From assembly GCA_964016885.1 (NCBI GenBank), contig OZ024747.1, positions 61,132,001 to 61,196,000 of the forward strand: a stretch of 64,000 nucleotides of DNA. Reading direction: 5' to 3'. Origin of the DNA: Eledone cirrhosa. Taxonomy: Eukaryota. The notes under the pieces are model-generated. The model was not told the origin of the DNA and did not search any database. It saw only the letters and a program-made list of their open reading frames with translations. Below, piece after piece: positions 53,551 through 62,806 of this stretch (positions are counted from its first letter, which is position 1; each line of letters starts with the position of its first letter). A program made the position numbers and the translations under genes.

Positions 53551-56500
53551 TACACATATATACAGACATTGATATGAACATATACACATATATAGAGACA
53601 TTGATATGGACATATACACATATATAGAGACATTAATATGAACATATACACATATACAGAGACACTAATATGAACATATACACATATACAGAGACACTAA
53701 TATGAACATATACACATATATACAGACATTGATATGGACATATACAGATATATAGACACTGATATGGACATATACACATATATAGAGACACTAATATGAA
53801 CATATACACATATATACAGACATTGATATGGACATATACACATATATAGAGACACTGATATGGACATATACACCCATGCAAGCGTGGAACAGGGACGTTA
53901 AACGATGATGATGATGATGATGATGATGACACATATATAGAGACATTGATATGAACATATACACATACATAGAAACACTGATATGACAAATACACATATA
54001 TAGAAACACTGATATGAACATATACACATATATAGAGACATTGATATGAACATATACACATATACAGAGACACTGATATGAACATATACACATATATAGA
54101 AACACTGATATGAACATATACACATATATAGAGACACTGATATGGACATATACACATATATATAGACATTGATATGGACATGTACACCCATGCAAGCGTG
54201 GAACAGGGACGTTAAACGATGATGATGATGATGACACATATATAGAGACATTAATATGAACATATATACATATATAGAGACATTGATATGAACATATACA
54301 CATACATAGAAACACTGATATGACATATACACATATATAGAGACACTGATATGGACATATACATATATATAGAGACACTAATATGAACATATACACATAT
54401 ATAGAAACACTGATATGAACATATACACATATATAGAGACATTGATATGAACATATACACATATATAGAGACACTAATATGAACATATACACATATATAG
54501 AAACACTGATATGAACATATACACATATATAGAGACACTAATATGAACATATACACATATATAGAGACATTGATATGGACATATACACATATATAGAGAC
54601 ATTGATATGAACATATACTGATATATAGACACAGATACGGACATATACACATGTATAGAGTCATTGATATGGACATATACACATATATAGAGACACTGAT
54701 ATGGACATATACACATATATAGAGACACTGATATGGACATATACACATACATAGAGACACTGATATGGACATATACACATACATAGAGACACTGATATGG
54801 ACATATACACATACATAGAGACACTGATATGGACATATACACATATATAGAGACACTGATATGGACATATACACATATATATGGACATATACACATACAT
54901 AGAGACACTGATATGGACATATACACATATATAGAGACATTGATATGAACATATACACATATATAGAGACACTGATATGGACATATACACATATATAGAG
55001 ACACTGATATGGACATATACACATATATAGAGACACTAATATGAACATATACACATATATAGAGACACTGATATGGACATATACACATATATAGAGACAT
55101 TGATATGAACATATACACATATACAGAGACACTGATATGAACATATACACATATATACAGACATTGATATAGACATATACACATATAGAGAGACACTGAT
55201 ATGGACATATACACATATATAGAGACACTAATATGGACATATACACATATATAGAGACACTAATATGAACATATACACATATATAGAGACACTAATATGA
55301 ACATATACACATATATAGAAACACTGATATGAACATATACACATATATAGAGACACTAATATGAACATATACACATATATAGAGACACTAATATGGACAT
55401 ATACACATATATAGAAACACTGATATGAACATATACACATATATAGAGACACTAATATGAACATATACACATATATAGAGACATTGATATGGACATATAC
55501 ACATATATAGAGACATTGATATGAACATATACTGATATATAGACACAGATACGGACACATACACATGTATAGAGTCATTGATATGGACATATACACATAT
55601 ATAGAGACACTAATATGAACATATACACATATATAGAGACACTAATATGGACATATACACATATATAGAGACACTAATATGAACATATACACATATATAG
55701 AGACACTAATATGAACATATACACATATATAGAAACACTGATATGAACATATACACATATATAGAGACATTGATATGAACATATACACATATATAGAGAC
55801 ACTAATATGAACATATACACATATATAGAGACATTGATATGGACATATACACATATATAGAGACACTAATATGAACATATACACATATATAGAGACACTA
55901 ATATGAACATATACACATATATAGAGACATTGATATGGACATATACACATATATAGAGACACTGATATGGACATATACACATATATAGAGACACTGATAT
56001 GAACATATACACATATATAGAGACATTGATATGAACATATACACATATATAGAGACATTGATATGGACATATACACATATATAGAGACACTAATATGAAG
56101 GTATACACATATATAGAGACACTGATATGAACATATACACATATATAGAGACACTGATATGAAGGTATACACATATATAGAGACACTGATATGAACATAT
56201 ACACTTATATAGAGACACTGATATGGACATATACACATACATAGAAACACTGATATGGACATATACACATATATAGAGACACTGATATGGACATATACAC
56301 ATATATAGAGACATTGATATGAACATATACACATATATAGAGACATTGATATGGACATATACACATATATTGAGACATTGATATGGACATATACACATGT
56401 ATAGAAACACTGATATGGACATATACACATATATAGAGACACTGATATGGACATATACACATATATAGAGACATTGATATGGACATATACACATATATAG

Positions 56501-56574
56501 AGACACTAATATGAAGATATACACATATATAGAGACACTGATATGGACATATACACACACAGACACAGACACTC

Positions 56575-57100
56575 ATGGTGGTGATGACAATGTTTATGTT
56601 GATTGTGATGGTGGTGGTGATGTCGATGATGGTAATGACAATGCTGGTGGTGGTGATGAAACTGACGATGACGACGATGTTGGTGGTTGTGGTGGTGGTG
56701 ATGATGGGGATGATGATGATGATAATGGTGGTAGTGGTGATGATGATGGTAGTGGTGGTGGTGGTGATGATGACGATGCTAATGAAGATGATGGTGATGA
56801 TGGTGGTGGTGGTGGTGGTGATGAAGATGATGATGTTGCCGGTAGTAGTAGTAGTAGTGGTGGTGGTGATGAAGATGATGACAATCATGATGACGATGAT
56901 GATGTTGCCGGTATTAGTAGTAGTAGTAGTAGTGGTGGTGATGGTGGTGGTGGTGGTGGTGATGAAGATGATGACAATCATGATGACGATGATGATGTTG
57001 CCGGTAGTAGTAGTAGTAGTAGTGGTGGTGGTGGTGGTGATGACGATGATGACAATCATAATGTTGCCGGTGGTGAGGATGATGGCTATGATGAGGATGG

Positions 57101-57134
<34 letters not shown>

Positions 57135-57150
57135 ACTGATACTGATGATG
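56575..57150. repeat. Degenerate (GGT/GAT/GTA)n trinucleotide low-complexity tract
   Basis: Mixed GGT, GAT, GAC and AGT triplets. An internal block GATGAAGATGATGACAATCATGATGACGATGATGATGTTGCCGGTAGTAGT... recurs about three times at ~56820-57070. Confidence 0.95.
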
Positions 57151-57189
57151 AAACCGATTAAAACAATAAGGATGATATCGTTGATGTTA

Positions 57190-57263
57190 ATAATGATAAT
57201 AATAACAACAACAATAATAAAAATAATAAAAATAATGAAAATAATAAAAATAATAAAAATAAT
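57190..57263. repeat. (AAT)n / (AAAAATAAT)n simple repeat at the 3' end of the LINE fragment
   Basis: AATAATAAAAATAATAAAAATAATGAAAATAAT..., directly adjoining the LINE fragment. Confidence 0.9.
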
Positions 57264-58106
57264 GTTTTCTTTATTAACCACCATACTTGCTTCTCTCACC
57301 CATCTTTCAACAAAATTCTGGGAAGAGAGCACTTCCCTCTCTACCCTGATTTTCCTTTTCAAATGAAATTTGAAAAAGTTAATCAGGGCATCACCGAAGA
57401 GGTAAGTGCTCGTCTTCAGCCCTTTCAAACGTGTCCACCATACTATCTCTTTCGCCATGGCCACCAGACAGATAAAAACTGCCTGCCCTTCCCGGCTAAA
57501 GGAAGAGGGCGGGGCAATCCTCACGATGGACTCAGCTGATAGCTGGATCCGTCCTACACGTGACAGCAGGTGTTTGACATAAACCCACAAGTCAGCAATG
57601 CTCGGACACTGGACGAGTGCGTGCAGGACGGTTTCGTCGCCCTGTGCGCATCTCGGACATGCCCGGCTGACGGCACCTCCATGCCTGTAAAGTTTATCCC
57701 GAACTGGCAAAGCTCCCCGGTAGCACTGCCAGGCCAGGGATTTCTGGAAGTTGTCCATAGGCCCCGGCCCGAAAGTCCTTCCGAAGAGATTGGCTAGTTG
57801 ATTTTCGTCGACGCCTAGAGTTTCTCCAAGTACGTCGTCGCTCTTCCCCTCCACTAATCCCCTATAGAACGCCAAGGTGGAGTTTCCACCGATCACATTG
57901 CCCGATTGGTCGAGGGCTGTGAGCGCCTGAAGACATTCCATTCTCCAAGCGCTCCCTCTCGGTCTTCACTTGACCCAGGACTGCAGCTCCGTCAAGGAGA
58001 CGAGCTGGGGAAAAACGTGTCTAGCAAACGGCGACCACACCTGATCACCGTCGATGAAGAGGTGGAGATGTCGTAGCCTGATGAAGAGGTGGAGATGTCG
58101 TAGCCT
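57264..58106 (-). mobile_element. Truncated non-LTR retrotransposon (L1/Tx1-type) ORF2 C-terminal fragment with a zf-RVT-like motif; pseudogenised
   Basis: GC-rich island in AT-rich DNA. The minus frame reads RLRHLHLFIDGDQVWSPFARHVFPQLVSLTELQSWVK*RPRGSAWRMECLQAL...FQKSLAWQCYRGALPVRDKL...CPRCAQGDETVLHALVQCP...W. The W..LP...CxxC...ET..H...C pattern is the zinc-binding motif downstream of the RT in L1/Tx1 ORF2. In-frame TGA at 57966-57968; no RT or endonuclease domain present. Confidence 0.9.
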
Positions 58107-58197
58107 GAAAAATAATAAAAATAATAAAAATAATAAAAATAATGAAAATAATGAAAATAATGAAAATAATGAAAATAATGAAAATAATAAAAATAAT
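58107..58197. repeat. 9-bp microsatellite (AAAAATAAT/GAAAATAAT)n
   Basis: About ten units directly adjoining the 5' end of the LINE fragment. Confidence 0.95.
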
Positions 58198-58471
58198 TAC
58201 CACTATCTGATCAATGAATTGTGTCTTCATATAATGTAAATATTTACAGTTGCATGTCTCTACAATATGTGCATATGTCTGTATGTGCAATTGTATGCAC
58301 TGAATAATATAAAAGTGAATCAAGTACACAGAACTGGTCTTAAGGGTTCTCGGTTCAAATGTAATTAAGGTCAACTGATCCTCCTCTTCCATAGGGTCAA
58401 TACTCAATACTCTATGTATTGTATTAGAGATGCTGTATATTTCTTGTAAAGATATTGGTTATTGGTCACAC

Positions 58472-58705
58472 TAGAGAGAGGATGTTAAGAGTGTGTGTGT
58501 GTATGAGAGTGTGTATGTGTGAGAGAGAGTGTGTATGTGTGTGTGTGAGAGAGTGTGTATGTGTGTGTGTGAGAGAGTGTGCATGTGTGTGTGTGAGAGA
58601 GAGAGTATGTATGTGTGTGTGAGAGAGAGAGTGTGTGTGTGTGAGAGAGAGTGTGTATGTATGTGTGTGTGTGAGAGAGAGAGAGTGTGTATGTGTATGT
58701 GTGTG
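58472..58705. repeat. Compound (GT)n/(GA)n microsatellite
   Basis: Alternating GTGT/GTAT and GAGA runs. Confidence 0.95.
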
Positions 58706-58787
58706 GTAATGGTGGTGGTAGCGATAATACTGAAAAATTCTGTTTTAACCTCACACTGTAACAAGTCTTTATGAAAAGGGGATAGAA

Positions 58788-58894
58788 AGTGTGTGTGTGT
58801 GTGAGGAAGAGAGAGAGATCCAGGATGGAGGAGGTGAGAGAGTGTGTGTGTGTGTGAGGAAGAGAGAGAGAGATGGAGGATGGAGGAGGTGAGG

Positions 58895-58928
<34 letters not shown>

Positions 58929-59938
58929 AAGAGAGAGATGGAGGATGGAGGAGGTGAGAGAGTGTGTGTGTGAGGAAGAGAGAGAGATGGAGGTGAGTGT
59001 GTGTGTGTGAGGAAGAGAGAGAGATGGAGGTGAGTGTGTGTGTGTGAGGAAGAGAGAGAGATGGAGGAGGTGAGAGAGAGTGTGTGTGTGTGTGAGGAAG
59101 AGAGAGAGATGGAGGAGGTGAGAGAGAGTGTGTGTGTGTGAGGAAGAGAGAGAGATGGAGGAGGTGAGAGAGAGTGTGTGTGTGTGTGTGAGGAAGAGAG
59201 AGAGATGGAGGAGGTGAGAGAGTGTGTGTGTGTGAGGAAGAGAGAGAGATGGAGGAGGTGAGAGTGTGTGTGTGTGTGAGGAAGAGAGAGATGGAGGATG
59301 GAGGAGGTGAGAGAGTGTGTGTGTGTGAGGAAGAGAGAGAGATGGAGGAGGTGAGAGAGTGTGTGTGTGTGTGAGGAAGAGAGAGAGATGGAGGTGAGAG
59401 AGAGTGTGTGTGTGTGTGTGAGGAAGAGAGAGAGATGGAGGAGGGAGGAGGTGAGAGAGTGTGTGTGTGTGTGAGGAAGAGAGAGAGATGGAGGAGGTGA
59501 GAGAGTGTGTGTGTGTGTGAGGAAGAGATGGAGGAGGGAGGAGGTGAGAGAGTGTGTGTGTGAGGAAGAGAGAGAGATGGAGGATGGAGGAGGTGAGAGT
59601 GTGTGTGTGTGTGAGAGAGAGATGGAGGATGGAGGAGGTGAGAGAGTGTGTGTGTGAGAGAGAGAGAGAGATGGAGGAGGTGAGAGAGTGTGTGTGTGTG
59701 TGTGGGGAAGAGAGAGAGATGGAGGAGGTGAGAGTGTGTGTGTGAGGAAGAGAGAGAGATGGAGGAGGTGAGAGTGTGTGTGTGAGGAAGAGAGAGAGAT
59801 GGAGGAGGTGAGAGTGTGTGTGTGTGTGTGTGAGGAAGAGAGAGAGATGGAGGAGGTGAGAGTGTGTGTGTGAGGAAGAGAGAGATGGAGGAGGTGAGAG
59901 TGTGTGTGTGAGAGAGAGAGAGAGAGATGGAGGAGGTG

Positions 59939-59969
<31 letters not shown>

Positions 59970-60127
59970 TGGAGGAGGGAGGAGGTGAGAGAGTGTGTGT
60001 GTGAGGAAGAGAGAGATGGAGGAGGTGAGAGTGTGTGTGTGAGAGAGAGAGAGAGATGGAGGAGGTGAGAGAGAGTGTGTGTGTGTGTGTGAGAGAGAGA
60101 GAGATGGAGGAGGTGAGAGAGTGTGTG
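58788..60127. repeat. Compound minisatellite of ~40-50 bp: GAGGAA(GA)n-GATGGAGGAGGT-(GA)n-(GT)n
   Basis: Roughly 30 units with a fixed ATGGAGGAGGTGAG core and variable dinucleotide run lengths; almost no C on the + strand. Confidence 0.95.
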
Positions 60128-60259
60128 GTGGTGATGGTGGAAGTGCCAATGCTGATAAACAAATTTATTGATCCAACACAGTAATACATCTTTATGGAAA
60201 GCAGATAGGAATTGTGTGAGTGTGTGTGGAGAGAGATGATAATTATATTATTTGTGTGC

Positions 60260-60261
<2 letters not shown>

Positions 60262-60294
<33 letters not shown>
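60262..60294. repeat. (TA)n microsatellite
   Basis: Pure TA run of about 16 units. Confidence 0.95.
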
Positions 60295-60297
<3 letters not shown>

Positions 60298-60393
60298 TAT
60301 AAGCTTTCACCGTATTTTAGACTAAAGAAATTTCTAGCCTGATAGTGGGGTTTATAACCCTCGGTTATAAAATACGGTGAAAGCTTATAATTT
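60294..60393. repeat. Perfect 26-bp inverted repeat with 48-bp spacer (MITE-like or fold-back)
   Basis: AAATTATAAGCTTTCACCGTATTTTA (60294-60319) is the exact reverse complement of TAAAATACGGTGAAAGCTTATAATTT (60368-60393). Confidence 0.9.
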
Positions 60394-60485
60394 CTAATTT
60401 CTAATTTCAAACTCGCGCACCGTTTCAAAAACATACTTACATGTTTACATTTATAATTTGCTTGTATATATGTATATATATATAT

Positions 60486-60824
60486 GCACATGACTTAGTG
60501 GTTAGAGCATTGGCCTTTCAATCGAAAGGTTGTGAGTTCATTTCTCAGACCGGGTGATGTCTTGTTTCCTTGAGCAATACACTTTATTTCACATTGCTCC
60601 AGTTTACTCAGCTGTAGAAATGAGATGATAGGGTCTGGGGTCCATATCATTCCACTGCAAAGTGGTCGTGGAGGTGCCACGGCAAAAAAGCACCCAGCAC
60701 TCACTGTAAATGAGGTTGGTGTTAGGAAGGGCATCCAGCTGTAGAAATCAAGCCAGAATCAGTTGCCGTCCCACCCTTGCAAGCAGGGAAAAAGCGGACT
60801 TAAAACGAAATGCTGATGAATGAT
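60486..60824 (+). mobile_element. Diverged tRNA-derived SINE (head, core and 3' tail; possibly a composite of two SINEs)
   Basis: A-box-like TGACTTAGTGG (60491-60501) and B-box-like GAGTTCATTTC (~60534-60544). Core TCCTTGAGCAATACACTTTATTTCACATTGCTCCAG, then AAAAAGCACCCAGCAC...GTTAGGAAGGGCATCCAGCTGTAGAAA, ending in a GATG-type tail followed by (AT)n. Confidence 0.8.
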
Positions 60825-61182
60825 ATATATATACTTAGTTTTTGTATTTATCTCAAAATATGTGTTCAAACAGATATTGTTATACTTGAAACCCAACAGA
60901 TGTGTTTGTGTGTTTTATTGGCAGCATAACCCTCCCAATATATATATATATATATTTAGTGGTGTGTTAGATGGAAGTAGTTAAACAGAACACACTACCA
61001 TCTCTAGCATTTTTTATGTTCATTCTGGCAGCAACCATGCCTAAGTTTTTACTTAGTTCTCTTGTTTAAATCTTGCTAGCATTTCATTATTCCTGAGTTT
61101 GGCCTCAACAATAATTTATACCAGTTTAAATGCACATGTTATTTTCGCTTTCTTTTACTGCTTTCAATTACCTTTTTGTAAA

Positions 61183-61364
61183 CTGACCTACCAACTCTCC
61201 CATCTGACGGGGAGATCTTTCTATTTTGACTCATTTTTCATCATCTCACCATTTTTGTGAAAATGGGTATAGCTTTCATTATCTAATTTTGCCTCATTTC
61301 TCCCGATTTTGGGGCACTTTTTTATGGTACTCCGCGTTTGGGTTTTTAGAAGTTGGCAGGTCTG
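61183..61364. mobile_element. 182-bp MITE-like DNA element with 13-bp TIRs and a 6-bp flanking direct repeat
   Basis: Left end CTGACCTACCAAC versus reverse complement of right end CAGACCTGCCAAC (11/13). TGTAAA on both sides (61177-61182 and 61365-61370). Internal TCTCCC/GGGAGA motifs. Confidence 0.65.
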
Positions 61365-61759
61365 TGTAAATATATTGGCTTTACAAACAAGAAATATATT
61401 TGAACATACTACAATACAGTATTCAATTGATCTCTTAAAATACTAAAATATATTATTTGTATGTTCCCTGAACCCATTATACATCAACTTCCTATTTATT
61501 GATATAATGTAACCAAGCTTATCATTTTTCACTGTTGTAAATCCTCTGCTATATTCTATATTTAAGTTCTTCCCTATTTCAAACATACATTCATAAATCA
61601 CATGCTATGTAATTATTATTGTATTATTCTACCAACAAGATCAGTAGAGATCAATTATTTTTGTTGGTATTTAGGAAATAATCTATAGAGCTCTCTTTCA
61701 ACAAGGTGCTGTATGAAGCTCCCATGAAGACAAGCTGAAGTATACATCCAGCGAAGCCT

Positions 61760-62410
61760 CCAGCCCATACTGTAAAGTGGTCTTGATGATCAATGATTGC
61801 CACATGATAAAAAGCACGCAGCCTATGCTGTAAAGTGGTCGTGTTGGCGACACAACAAAAAGTGCCCAGTCCACGCTGTAAAGTGGTCATGTTGGCGACA
61901 CAACAAAAAGTGCCCAGTCCACATTGTAAAGTGGTTGTGTTGGCGACACAACCAAAAGTGCTCAGTCCACACTGTAAAGTGGTTGTGTTGGCGACACAAC
62001 AATAAGTGCCCAGTCCACACTGTAAAGTGGTCATGTTGGCGACACAACAATAAGTGCCCAGTCCACATTGTAAAGTGGTTATGTTGGCGACACAACAATA
62101 AGTGCCCAGTCCACACTGTAAAGTGGTTGTGTTGGCGACACAACAATAAGTGCCCAGTCCACACTGTAAAGTGGTTGTGTTGGCGACACAACAATAAGTG
62201 CCCAGTCCACACTGTAAAGTGGTTATGTTGGCGACACAACAATAAGTGCCCAGTCCACACTGTAAAGTGGTCGTGTTGGCGACACAACAATAAGTGCCCA
62301 GTCCACTGTAAAGTGGTTGTGTTGGCGACACAACAATAAGTGCCCAGTCCACACTGTAAAGTGGTCGTGTAGGTATCATGACAAAAAGCACCCAGCACAC
62401 ACTGTAAATG
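61760..62410. repeat. 48-bp minisatellite (CACTGTAAAGTGGTTGTGTTGGCGACACAACAATAAGTGCCCAGTCCA), about 12 units plus degenerate ends
   Basis: TGTAAAGTGG recurs every 48 bp from 61829 to 62261, then one 46-bp unit, then 62355; degenerate copies at 61771 and 62403. Confidence 0.97.
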
Positions 62411-62550
62411 TGGTTGTGATTAGGAAGGGGATCCAGCTGTATAATTCAAGCCAAAATCAGCCCTGATTGAATGTAACGTGTTCCTCTGACCAGATCTCTC
62501 ACAAAGGGACAGCCTGTAGTACCCAAGCTAGTGTGGAAAATGATGATGAT
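62380..62550 (+). mobile_element. 3' half of the same SINE family as 60486-60824
   Basis: AAAAAGCACCCAGCACACACTGTAAATGTGGTTGTGATTAGGAAGGGGATCCAGCTGTATAATTCAAGCCAAAATCAG aligns with 60685-60762; ends ACCCAAGCTAGTGTGGAAAATGATGATGAT. Confidence 0.8.
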
Positions 62551-62806
62551 ACATATATTATATGAATAAGATCTCAACACAAATGCATGCTACCTAAGGT
62601 TTCAAACTTCAAACAATATAGGACATAAATATTTTATGTCTGCTACTTTAGTTATGTTCAGGCAAAACTAAGATGGTTGAACGTTATTTCATATATGAGA
62701 TCTCGTCAGATATAAGGGAGGTAATAATGTGATAATACATTTGGTATTTTTTTTTTTTATAGAGGAAGCAACGCATGTATCTGCTATACACAGACACACT
62801 CATATA

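Larger units (their letters stand above)
803..54233 (+). mobile_element. About 94 copies (manual count) of a SINE-3'-end-like cassette CCATGCAAGCGTGGAACAGGGACGTTAAAC(GAT)n embedded in the satellite
   Basis: Example copy at 1051-1105; first copy 803-854, last copy 54188-54233. All are on the + strand in the context ...GGACATATACAC|cassette|ACACATATATAG. Similar to the SINE ends at 60773-60823 (ACCCTTGCAAGCAGGGAAAAAGCGGACTTAAAACGAAATGCTGATG) and 62521-62550 (ACCCAAGCTAGTGTGGAAAATGATGATGAT). Confidence 0.85.
1..56556. repeat. 32-bp satellite array (consensus ACATATACACATATATAGAGACACTGATATGG), continuing past the left edge of the window
   Basis: Continuous head-to-tail 32-bp monomers with a few recurrent variable sites (acaCtg/acaTtg, tGat/tAat, atgG/atgA, TAGAG/CAGAG/TACAG) and recurrent 29-bp and 31-bp deletion monomers. 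The array ends at ~56556 in CA/GA microsatellite. Confidence 0.99.

Noticed and set aside
803-54233. CRISPR-like appearance (constant ~30-bp hairpin repeat separated by variable sequence)
   Set aside because: The intervening sequence is 0.2-1.3 kb of satellite rather than unique 30-40-bp spacers; there are no cas genes, the context is eukaryotic, and the repeat matches a SINE tail.
400-56572. Hundreds of minus-strand ORFs rich in Cys/Tyr/Ile/Val/Met with poly-His or poly-Ser runs
   Set aside because: They are translations of the 32-bp monomer, whose minus strand has few stops, in all three frames. The His/Ser/Ile runs are the (ATC)n tail. There is no domain or frame preference.
56511-57366. 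Asp/Gly-rich and Met/Val-rich plus-strand ORFs (biomineralisation-like)
   Set aside because: They follow directly from (GAT/GGT)n low complexity, with no signal peptide or splice evidence.
56205-57941. 578-aa ORF as a real membrane or mucin-like gene
   Set aside because: It is a read-through chimera of the LINE ORF2 fragment, trinucleotide repeats and satellite, with an in-frame stop just upstream within the LINE frame.
58200-58475. Possible minus-strand exon (…SIDPMEEEDQLTLITFEPRTLK… or VTNNQYLYKKYTASLIQYIEY*)
   Set aside because: AG acceptors exist, but I see no recognisable homology or convincing donor. RNA-seq or BLASTX would be needed.
58471-60261. 596-aa and 554-aa His/Thr/Leu/Ser ORFs
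   Set aside because: They are translations of the (CA)n/(CT)n compound repeat.
60486-60560. tRNA gene
   Set aside because: A and B boxes are degenerate, there is no intact cloverleaf, and it continues into SINE core sequence. The same applies to 62807-62864.
61660-61740. Possible short plus-strand terminal exon after TTTAG (EIIYRALFQQGAV*)
   Set aside because: Too short, with no recognisable homology and no upstream exon in the window.
61651-62400. Cys-rich 16-aa repeat proteins, or a CRISPR array
   Set aside because: A 48-bp spacerless tandem repeat, open in several frames on both strands and derived from a SINE.
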